Assembly (NCBI RefSeq): GCF_006345805.1
Contig: NC_043003.1
Location: forward strand, 91,822,001-91,886,000
DNA length: 64,000 nt
Source: Octopus sinensis
Lineage: Eukaryota
Direction of reading: 5' to 3'
How positions within the stretch are numbered: the first letter of the stretch is position 1; each line of letters starts with the position of its first letter. Shown here in pieces: positions 14,784-25,539 of the stretch. A model generated the notes under the pieces. That model was not told where the DNA came from. It saw nothing but the letters and a program-made list of their open reading frames with translations, and made no database searches. The translations under genes were made by a program, and so were the position numbers.

Positions 14784-14827
14784 GTTTGATAAGTGCCAAT
14801 ACACGAAACTCTCAGGTTTTGACTTAC
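14784..14827 (+). ncRNA. Degenerate hammerhead copy, same family as 48862-48907
   Basis: GU|UUGAUAA|GUGC-CAAU-ACAC|GAA|ACUC-9nt-GACU|U|AC; the 15.2-16.2 pair is broken. Confidence 0.45.
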
Positions 14828-15054
14828 TCTCTAACTTTTGCCCATGATATATATGTGTATTATACATATATGTGTCAAAATATCTCTTCACGCAATCAAA
14901 CCAATGAAAGTGCATCTATCTATTCGCTCAACACGCTAAAAATAGCAGCCAATATATCACCCTGCCCATTGTTTTATAAGGTAAAATCCTAAATTATTAA
15001 TTGATACATTATTAATATCTTATAACAGCAATGCCTGGAAAAAATCAAGGATTT

Positions 15055-15566
15055 CATGGAAAAATGCAAGCATGAAAAGTCATATTCTTAAGATTATAAA
15101 CCTGGAAAAGTACAGGACAAGTTATTACACCTGTAAAAGTATAGGACAAACTATCACTTCAAGTAAAGTAAAGAATAAGAAACTTTTTACTTAAAATATT
15201 GCAGCTAAAATTAAAATTTAAATATAAAAAAATATTTTATTATAGTTTACAAATAACACTATACTTATTTAAGTACAATTTGGCTAATTTACTACCTTAA
15301 ATAAAGAAAAAAGTGACTAATTAGACAAACTTACCAATTAGCTGAACAGTTTTGTACTATAAATTTAAAAGATGAGAACTGTAAAGAGTGATAAATTAGA
15401 AGAACTGGCATTCTTTGCTGCAATATTTTAAGTAAAAAGCTTCTTATTTTTTACATTATTTGAAGTAATAGTTTGTCCTATACTTTTCCAGGTGTAATAA
15501 CTTGTCCTGTGCTTTTCCAGGTTTATAATCTTAAGAATATTACTTTCATGCTCGCATTTTTCCATG
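15055..15566. mobile_element. Foldback/MITE-like element: ~150-bp inverted arms around a ~210-bp spacer
   Basis: Arm 15055-15205 matches the reverse complement of 15417-15566 at roughly 90% by eye; each arm holds ~28-bp subrepeats (cctggaaaagtacaggacaagttattaca). Confidence 0.8.
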
Positions 15567-18538
15567 TAATAATACTATCTCTTTTCTACAACCCCACCCT
15601 GTCGAGGGGCTTTTCTTTGTCTCTTTGGAGTTACTTGATAACTACCCTGGCACTGGTGTCATAAAAAAGAGCACCTAGTACACTCTGTAAAGTAGTTGGT
15701 GTTAGGAAGTGCATCCAGCTATAGAGACCATGCTAAAAGAGACTTTGGACCTTAGTGCAGTCCTCCAGCTCATTTGAACCTCTCAAACTATCCAATCCAT
15801 GCTAGCATGAAAGATGAATGCTAAATGATGATGATGGTGATGATGATATATGAGTAGTGAACTAGTTGTGTAACCTATTTAGGTTGCCTAACTAGTTCAC
15901 TGTTCATATGTGTGTGTATGTGTATACATATATACACACACATGCATGCACTCATCCCTCTTTTTTTCTCTCTGAATTCAGAAACCTGTCTATCAGAATG
16001 GTGTGTATATCTCTAAGGATTACAAAAGAACAAATTCCTTTGTTGGGTTTACAACAGCATCAACTTAATGTAAGAAAACAAAAAGAAAAGAAAAACCACA
16101 TGCAAAGTAAAATTACAAAACAAAGATAAAATAAGCAACTTTATATAAAAATTATGTGCATAGCAGATGCAGGCGTTTGTTTAGACTGGTGTTAGTTTGT
16201 TTATACTCCAGTAACTTAGTGGTTCAGCAAAAGAAAAGTGATAAATTATGTATCAGTTTTAAAAAGAATAAGTATTGGGGTCCATTTTGTCGGCGCAGTC
16301 CTCTTGGGTGGTGCCCCAGTATGGCCAATGTCCAATGACTGAAGCGTAAAAGAGAAAAGAGTATAAATATGATGGTAGGGATGCTTGATATATTATTATA
16401 AAAATGGATTTCCTCATATTGATTTCCTCTTCGTTGTTGTTATATTCATTGATTGCTTTACTTATATGAATGTTATAAAGAATGGTCGAAATGATAATGC
16501 TGTATGAAGGTTTTTGTGTGATATCTAGTCCAAATCAATGCTTTGCATATCTCACCGCCCCCCCTCCAATACTTTAGGTGGTGGTGGTGGTGGTGGTGAG
16601 CATTGTCTTCGATTTTTATTCTTCTCCTTTCAAGGTCAGTAATATAAGGACCAATAATATACATTGGTTGATTCAATTGATTATATTTGCTTTCCTTAAA
16701 AATAAAAGCAAAAAACAAAACTAATAGAAATTGGGATGAAGTAAGAAAAACGTCATTACTACATTGATTAATTAATCGGGTAAAATAATGGTGAAAATTA
16801 CTGGGGGCTTTATTATTGTTGTTCTTTTATGCCTTTATTGCGGGTGTGCAAACAGCTAAACAAACAATATTTTACCCAGCATTCTTATCTGCGCCCATTC
16901 CCTCTTTGCTGCAGAGTATAAGCCAACAACAAGGTAAACATTATATAGTCATTTGATCAAACAGAAATAACAGCCAAATTTACCTCACATCACTGCCATT
17001 CATCTCTGAAAAGAAGCTCCACATTGGAAAAAAGAAAACAATAGTGTTTATGGTTATAACACTTTGATCTGCTTGATCAGGTTGGAACTGGGGCTAAACA
17101 AATGCAGGGATTTGCTACCCAGAAAATTTGGACTTAAGATAATGAGATGTCTATCTTATAGACAGCTGGGAATTTATTGTGGAATTTGAGCATGGATCCA
17201 GTTGTGTGTGACTTAGCGTTAGTTATCAATGAGAGGATTTTTAATTGTTAGTACCTCATCATCAATCATTATCATCTACTTTTCCATGCTTGCATGGGTC
17301 AGATAGAATTTGTTAAAACAAATTTTCTATGGTTGGATGTCCTTCATGACATCATCCTTCACCTATTTCTAAGTAAGGTAATTTTTTTCCATTGACATGT
17401 TTTACCTGAAAGACTGGAAGCAAATAATATTGCTTATATTTGATGCTGATGTTCATTTATAACCATCACATGTCTAGACAAGGGTACACACTTACATGCC
17501 CACATACACAATAGGCTTCTTTCAGTTTTCATTAACCAAATCTACTCACAAGGCTTTGGTTGGCTTGGGACCATAGTAGATGACACTTGCCCAAGGTTAC
17601 CACCAATTGGGTCTGAATCTGAGACTGTATGGTTGGAAAGCAAGCTTCTTAACCACACAGCCATATGTGTGCATCACTGGCTTTCAAATTTGCTTCAGTA
17701 ACACACTGACATCCGGTGCCTAATCAAAATTTTAAAATCATTTCAACAAAGGCTTCTCTATATGGTCTCTTGACCAGCCAGAAATAACAGCCAAGTATCC
17801 TTCAAATCAGACTTCAACTGTAAACAAAGAAAGGTACATCGGATAATGCATAGTCATGGATATTTCTAAAAAGGCAGAATAGTTATGGCTGGAATGGCTT
17901 TGATCATAAGTCTTCTGTGTGAGGGATGACTTGGGACTAAAAACAACATCAACAAACATAAATTACTATTATATTGATTTATTTGTGTTTGTTTTATAGT
18001 TGTTTTGTCATTCTCTCTCTCTCTCTCTCTCAATTTTACATTCTCTTTTTTCTTCCTTTTTTTCTTCTACTCAATCATCCTATTGCTAAAACAAGTTCTG
18101 ACTTCCTGAAATCTGAGACTAAAATATCTACATAATGCTTGTATGAGGGAATGCTGAGAGTAAGAGGTGGATGGAGAGGGAATGTAAGTATTAATGGAGA
18201 GAGTGGGGAAGAGATGGGTGACATGTAATGACTGAAAAGGCAACAGTGAAGCTCAGTAGAGAGAGAGAGAGAGAGAGAGAGAGATAGGGGAAAGAGAGAG
18301 AGAAGAGATGAGAGAAATGTAGTTCGACAAGAGAAAGAGTGAGTGACAGAGGAAGTGATGGAGAGGCAAAGAAGAGTGAGAGAGAGAGAGAGAGAGTGGG
18401 AGAAATGCTACTAATTTAATTAGAAAGCCGAGATATATCTGATGCAGTTCAAACGTACATGTTCAACTATGTACATATTCACATGCAAATGTATACAAAT
18501 GTGCAAGCATAGAGGCCCCATTCAATTATGAAGACAAT

Positions 18539-18571
<33 letters not shown>

Positions 18572-18821
18572 ATGTGTGTACTTAGTTTCATCATTATACA
18601 TCCATCACATCCATCCAGTTTTCCTTGCTGCTGTGAGTTACTCACACATACAACTCTATTCAGTTATATCAGTTATAAAGACTATATACATATTTCGCTT
18701 AGGCATTGTGGTGCTTATAATCCGGTGTAGAACTTGATATATGTATGCTTCTGGATGAAGCTTTAGTTGAGCATGGAGCAACAGTAATACGAAAACAGAT
18801 GACAAAGCAACGAAGGATTAT

Positions 18822-18898
18822 CTTGTGAACAGCTGTTTCACTCTAAGATGCAGTTGAGCTCTTAGTTTAGTGCCTGAGTAACACCTCATCGGAGCCTC
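18822..18898 (-). ncRNA. Hammerhead relic with long stem II
   Basis: CCGAUGA, ~46 nt containing CACU/AGUG and CUAAGA/UCUUAG pairings, then GAA-ACAGCUGU-U; stem I does not pair. Confidence 0.35.
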
Positions 18899-18930
18899 AA
18901 ACGTAAAATGCTTGCACCTATAAGCCATGC

Positions 18931-18970
<40 letters not shown>

Positions 18971-19247
18971 ATTGTTTATAAGGAAGTTCAGTTAACTTTT
19001 CATCTGGTTATGATGGGTAGATAGCCATTAATTATTCTGCTCTCCATTTTATGTGCTCTCTTGACTTCATGACTACAATTCGTATGTAGTTTTTGTTTCA
19101 CACCTTTCTTTCTTCCATCAACACTGCTCTTATTTTATCGAGATTTTTTTAATTCTTTAAAAAATTATCTCTCAGCCACTTTTCTTTATCTTTCCAGGTA
19201 CATTTGATTCAATGTGTAAATGTTGCTGTTTTGTTGGCATATGAGTA

Positions 19248-19299
<52 letters not shown>

Positions 19300-20311
19300 G
19301 AGGAAACTGGTTAATTTATCTCACATTTTCTTTGGCTTGAAGAAAATGAAAGCCTTGTACATGGATCACTGAACATGTATTTGATTAGTATTACTGGTAC
19401 TGATATTAATGTACATTCATACTTCCATCTGAATGCAAGGAAAACCTGAGAGATTTATGAGACACATGGTGGGTCTCAGTTTTTTTTTTTTCCTGATTGG
19501 TTGCTCACTTTTATTCTTTGTTTTATGATTTATCAATAATTCTCTCTCTCCGATGTAGATGTCTGCTATGTACTTTTGGTAGATCAATCTCACATCATAC
19601 CAGTTTCCTGTCAGTTAAACACTACATCACTAACTTGGTTGCTCTCTGTCTCTATCATTGTGTTTTTCAGCTTGGTAGAATCAGGGCTATGTTCAGTACT
19701 TTATCTGCATCATAACTCAGTATTGAATAAGCTCTTCCTTTGTGGAATTGTCAAGGCCCTCTGGCTCTATGAAACAAATTTCTTGTTTTGAAATGATCTA
19801 AATTAGAACTTCATATCAAATTTCATATTAGTTGATGTTTCAAACACTAGAATAATGACAGTTATTTCACTGAATTCTTTATTTAAAAGAAAAAAAAATA
19901 TTGAAATAAAGGCAGTGTATTTTAACAGAAATATATTAACAGATGGGTTACAGTCATTGTGTAAGAGACTGATGTCAGTTATATTGACTATAAAAGTTTG
20001 TAGGTACAAAAAAAATAAAAAAATGTAAGTCTATGCTGAGTAAAAATCTAACCTTTTGGACAAGAAATAAAATTCCTCATAATGTTGCTTTTTTGCAATT
20101 CTGACATTATCTAACGTACTGAATTTTAAATTACTCAAAGTGAATTTCCCTCTTTTAATCTATGTTTATAGTACATTCATGGTCTTGTGGTTAAGAAGTT
20201 CACTTTTTGGCCATGAGATTTTGAGTTCAGTAAGAGTCTTCCACTATAATCCAGGGTAAATCAATTTCTTGTGAATGGATTTGGTAGACAGAAACTCAAA
20301 TAATCCCAATT

Positions 20312-20341
20312 ATGTGTGTGTGTGTTGTATGTATGTATGTA

Positions 20342-20388
<47 letters not shown>

Positions 20389-20478
20389 ATGTATGTATGC
20401 ATGTATGTATGTATGTATGTATGTATGCATGCATGTATGTATGTATGCATGCATGTATGTATGTATGTATGCATGTAT
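20312..20478. repeat. (TG)n/(TATG)n/(CATG) microsatellite directly after a SINE A head
   Basis: Follows the SINE head at ~20170-20300. Confidence 0.95.
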
Positions 20479-20822
20479 GCATGCATGCATGTGTATGTAG
20501 GTTGTAATAGGGAAATCAAACCAAATCATTTAATATGTATGTTTCAGGTTTGCAAATTACATAATTGGAAATGCATTCATTGTGCATTCCTTAGTTAAAA
20601 CATTTCAAAATATAAACTCGTTGATATGTGAATGTGTGTGTGTGTATAATGCAGAAAGCACATTCTAAATAGGCATTGCTTTTAAGAACTGTTTTAATTG
20701 TTTATGTGTATACATGTGTCTTCCAATGCATTTACTGCAAATTTATTGAAGTTTAATGACATATTAACCGAGCTCTTAATTGCTCAGGATATATATATAT
20801 TTTGATGTTTTATGTATCACCT

Positions 20823-20859
<37 letters not shown>

Positions 20860-20912
20860 AAAAAGAAGTTTGAAAACGCCACTATATAAGATAAATTTTA
20901 ATTTTCATAGAA

Positions 20913-20961
20913 ATTTTACATGTTTCGGTTCTTCTTGAAAAAAACGAACCTTATCAAAAAT
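20913..20961 (-). ncRNA. Minimal type I hammerhead ribozyme candidate, U3-A8 core variant
   Basis: AUUU|UUGAUAA|GGUUC-15nt-GAACC|GAA|ACAUGU|A|AAAU: stem I 4 bp, stem II 5 bp, palindromic stem III, GUA cleavage triplet. Confidence 0.7.
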
Positions 20962-21915
20962 ATTTTAAAAAGTTAAATGTAATAAAAAAGTTCATAATTG
21001 TTTCTTACTAATATATATATATATATATATATATATAAAGAACATTGTAGTTTGCTTGAAGCATTGTAGTACAGAAGTAGAAAATAAAAAGGGTAATAAA
21101 ACTTCTAACAATACAGAAAGTTTTCCAAAGAATCTTTATACTGTGTCTCATCATGCAAGCGATATAAAATGAGCATCACCTTCACACATGGAAATGTAGC
21201 AGACCATGGGGAAAATATTACCTTGCTCAGAAATGGATGAGAGTTGGCAACAGGGCAGGAAAGATATCAGGCCATAGAAAATCTGCTTGAATGAATCTTG
21301 TCTGACTCATGCAAAAATAGACATTGAAACACAATGATGATGATCTACAAATTTAAATGGATTAATTCATGCCAATGTAGACCACCATCAGTTTCCTTTG
21401 ATTCTAGTCTTATCTTATATTGACTATATTCTTCTGCTCTAAAACAAAACAAAATGTAATGTATATTGGCTTTGTTCCTAACCTAAAGAAATCATTATTT
21501 TCCCTTCTACAAAATGTAATTGCCCTTTGTAGTTTTTTAAATCATATATTTTCGTTTTGCTTTTAGTTTACTGAAGCATTAAAAAAAAGAGTCTTTCTCC
21601 CCTTATCTCCCTTACATATTCACTAATAGACTTTCCTGTTATGTTGTGATAAAATAGTATTGGCCTGTGGAACTGGTTTTGTTTGAGAATTTTTTCATAT
21701 TATAGTCTTGGAGAAGATTGTATGTATGCTTGTAATTATGGATATAATTGAATTTTTATGTAATTAGTCTTATATGAATTTAATTATATATGTATTTTAT
21801 GTATTTGTAATTGTACATATTATTAAATACATGTATGTCAGTATCTATGTATGTGAAAGTCTATATGAGCACTTATGTCTACTTGATGTGTGTGTGTATG
21901 TATATATATATATAT

Positions 21916-21956
<41 letters not shown>

Positions 21957-21975
21957 ATTTATGTATGTGTATATG

Positions 21976-22300
21976 TGAAGGCACATGGCTTAGGGGTTAG
22001 GGTATTTGGCTTTTGATTGTAAAGCTGTTAAGGTGGATTCCTGGTGGTGCATTATCTCCTTGAGCAAGACACTTTATTTCATGTTGCTCCAGTTCACTCA
22101 GGTGGAAAAACTGAGGAGCACCTGTATTTCAATGGGCCAGCCTTGTCATATTTTGTGTTATGCTGAGTTTCTCTGAGAACTGCATTGAGGGTGCACATGT
22201 CTGTGGAATTCTCAGCCACTTGCACTTTAATTTCACAAGCCAGCAGTTCCTTTGTTTGGATCAACTAGAACACTCATCACTGTGACTGATAGAGAGCCAG
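21976..22300 (+). mobile_element. SINE family C (partial reverse copy at about 49445-49620)
   Basis: tRNA-like head ggcacatggcttaggggttaggg, then ccttgagcaagacactttatttcatgttgctccagttcactcagg; related sequence inverted near 49450. Confidence 0.6.
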
Positions 22301-22855
22301 TTGTGTGTGTATATATGATTTCAGTGAATGCATGATTATATTCATGTGTACACATAGCTATGTATATGTGTGGGAAAACTTCTGCGAATGTATTCTGGCA
22401 TGCCAGTGCTTATAGCATTTGTAAATTACTGTCTATTAGCTTTGCCCTTTTATTGCATACTAATTAAATAAAGATATTATTTCATATATAGTAATTTGAT
22501 ATATTATCATTGATTGGTTTGGAATTAGGTTTGATCTGAAAACTCCTAAATTTTGATCACTGGAATGGAACAGTAAATTCTTCAGCAAATAAAAGTAATG
22601 TACTAAATTTGTTACTACATGCCAGTAGTTATACTTCCTGACTTTAATCCAGGCAGCCTGGGTTTGATTCCTGGTATTACAACGTTTACTTTTAGGTACA
22701 TGAATGACTGCATGGTTAAGAAGTTTCTTTTTGAAACACATGGTTTCTTCTGTAGATCCAGGTGAACCAAAGCTTTGTGCATGGATCTGGTATGCAGAAA
22801 CTGAAAGAAGTTCATCATGTGTGGATATATACATATATATAAATTTATAAATAAG

Positions 22856-22887
22856 GATAATATCGATATTTAAATATCGATATTATC
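22856..22887. repeat. Perfect 32-bp palindrome
   Basis: gataatatcgatattt|aaatatcgatattatc. Confidence 0.95.
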
Positions 22888-22950
22888 AAGTCTTATCTTT
22901 CTGTCTTATCTCGTGGTGCAATATGAACATTTTAGGTGGTTTTTAGAGTC

Positions 22951-22997
22951 AGGGATTTGACTGCTATTTCGGCATGGTGGTGTCTCTCAGATACCCT
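22951..22997 (-). ncRNA. Hammerhead relic
   Basis: AGGGUAU|CUGA-GA|GACA-CCACCA-UGCC|GAA|AUAGCAGU|C|AAAUCCCU; one core base is missing and stem III is decayed. Confidence 0.35.
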
Positions 22998-25130
22998 TAT
23001 ATATATATATAATATATATATATATATATGAGAAAACTGATGTATAAACATCAAAAAATAAGCTCTCAGTAATTTAGAGCTCAATTCATAACAGGTTGTT
23101 ATACTACAATACATTGCAGGAAATTCAAGTGCATCTGACCTGCATGCATATACATAATCAGCTAAAATAATCTTTAAGAACAACACATGTTTATGTGCAC
23201 ATATTCCTTGTTTTGACAACTTGTGATGATTGTAAATAAATGTCACTGTTGTACAAAGGATGTCCTTTGTTTCCAGTCTTCTACGAAAACCTTTCCAGTC
23301 ATAGGTAAATATTGAATATTACCTTGCTTTGGAAACATGAAGGGTGTGTGGCAGGAAGTGCATCAAGCTGTAGAAAATCTGTTCCTTCCCAACTATAAGT
23401 GTATTGCTTTGAACATACAGTTTCAGATCAAAGTTTTGCATATATATATCTTTTACTTGTTTCAGCCCAGGGCTGAGGTCATGCTGGTACACCACCTATA
23501 TATATATATATATATATATATAGTTTACTATTCCTTTATGGTAAGATCAATGAAATAACTCCATCCAGTGACAGATAAAAATCATACGAATTACTGAGTC
23601 TCATGCACTGGAGACATGAGTCTAGGCAGGTTTTTATAACATGACTGTGTCTCCAAGCAATTTTCAAGCTCTGGGCACATGTCTTATTCAATTTACAAAT
23701 CAGGATGCTGAAGCAAGAGGTGCAAAACGTGGAAGGGCAAAAAGAAAAAGAAAAAAAGAGGAAAGTCAGAGATATGTCTCCTTCATGTGTAAAACCATAA
23801 TAAAGCTAGATGTTGTGGAATAATTCAATGGAGGGGGGCCCAAAGTCTGTGATACAGCTGCTTAATCTAGAGAGGGTGATGTCCTCCAGTTCACCAAAAG
23901 AAATCTGTCCATATGACTATATTAGCTGAACATTCTTGATCCACCACTCGACTGAATTCCACAGCATATTATGGTTTTATGGTCAAAGGCAACATAATTC
24001 TAATTTTCTTTTTTCCTTTTCTTTTCTTCTGTTTTTTCACCCTTCTACTTTTTGCATCTACCTTCACATTTTTCCTCATGAAGTCTCTTGTTCCAGTATC
24101 CTGATTTGTAAATTGAATATTCTATGTTCTCAGATCATGAAAATAGCCTGGAGACACAAGGCATGTTATAAAAGTCTGCCTAGACCCGTATCTCTCCAAT
24201 GCATGAAATTATTAGGGCTTGAACCTTTATACTGTATGCATTAAGCGATATAGATGTGTGTGAGTAAAATGAAACACTACATTAAAGTTAGCTTTGAACA
24301 GTGCACTGTTTTTAAGTGATATTACAGGTACGTAGGAGTTACAAGTAGAATAAAGTACAAACTATATATATGTATAAAATAACACACACATAAACATATA
24401 TGTGTATGTGTTGTTTTTTTTAAAGAGAAAATTGTCTTCTATATCTAAGCTAGACTATCAGTAATTCTATGTATGTAAGTTTTATGACTTGAGTTCATGC
24501 ATAATTCTATATATTCATAGTATTTTTTTTTCTTTTTTTAAATGATTTTTCTATTTTAGTACTTGCTTTTTAATGTATGTTTTTTTATTTTTTATTAAGG
24601 ATGAAATATCAGAAATGGTTCACTGCAGAAGTGATGTGACTAATCACTCTAGCAGCTGTTATATTGGACACCCTAAAAAGGCAATGGCTAATTGAGGATG
24701 TGTGTATATGTGTGTTTGTGTGGGTGTTTATTATTGAATTCATGTATATGTATATTTATGTGCATGTGTGTGCATGAACATGTGTATACATATATTTGCA
24801 AATATGTATGTTTATATGTGTCTTTCTGAGTGTATGCATATTATGTAACAATAGTATGTGTATGTGTGTATCTGTGTGTGTAATGTTTGCATGTATATAA
24901 AAGTTTAAATATATGTATATTTGTGTTATATGGGTTTCTTGTGAAACAGCATATATTGTGGAAGTTTATATCAAAGTATTGTCAGCTATCTGCCTTCTTG
25001 TAGTCTTCATAATAGATGATGTCAAAATAAAATTGTGATTTAGTGAATGTCACGTTACATAATCACACAAATATTTGTCACAAGAAACGTTTAAAAGATC
25101 TCTTATTTCTAAAGTGACAAAGCTCTAAAC

Positions 25131-25135
25131 ACACG

Positions 25136-25214
<79 letters not shown>

Positions 25215-25262
25215 ATACGCACACACACACACACAAATACACACACACACATACACACACAC
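25131..25262. repeat. (CA)n microsatellite
   Basis: Direct inspection. Confidence 0.95.
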
Positions 25263-25339
25263 ATTTAAAAAAAAATTTTCTTTTTGCATATATTTTCTGA
25301 GCCTGCAAATCCAAACCAATTATTTTATTGTTGTTCGCT

Positions 25340-25539
25340 GTCCTTGTAGTTTAACCCCAGGTCAACTCTGATTGAGCAGATATATGATCAAGAGCATTTC
25401 CTCCATGACATCTTTTTAGGATTATGTAGGTCTGTATTATTGAATGTGTTCTTTTCTTAAAACTACTGGCAAAGTGTAATTTGAAGGAGATTTGACTGAT
25501 ATTTCTAGTAAGTCAAGTGGTAGTGGGGAGGCTCCTTCA
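25340..25539 (-). mobile_element. ~200-bp non-tRNA interspersed repeat with structured 5' end and (CAA)n-type tail
   Basis: Related copies at about 4735-4880, 4950-5170, 16945-17100, 17745-17955, 38395-38500, 41230-41420 and 43250-43330. Shared ctgcta-gaaa-tagcag hairpin and tail gatcatag..ctgcttgatc.gggctgacctggggctaaac (consensus read across copies by eye). Confidence 0.7.

Noticed and set aside
16800-16940. Possible upstream vinculin exon ending ...caacaacaag|gtaaac
   Set aside because: Does not encode MPVFHT...VAQQ; the phase-0 frame has an in-frame TAA just upstream. A non-coding exon cannot be excluded but is unsupported.
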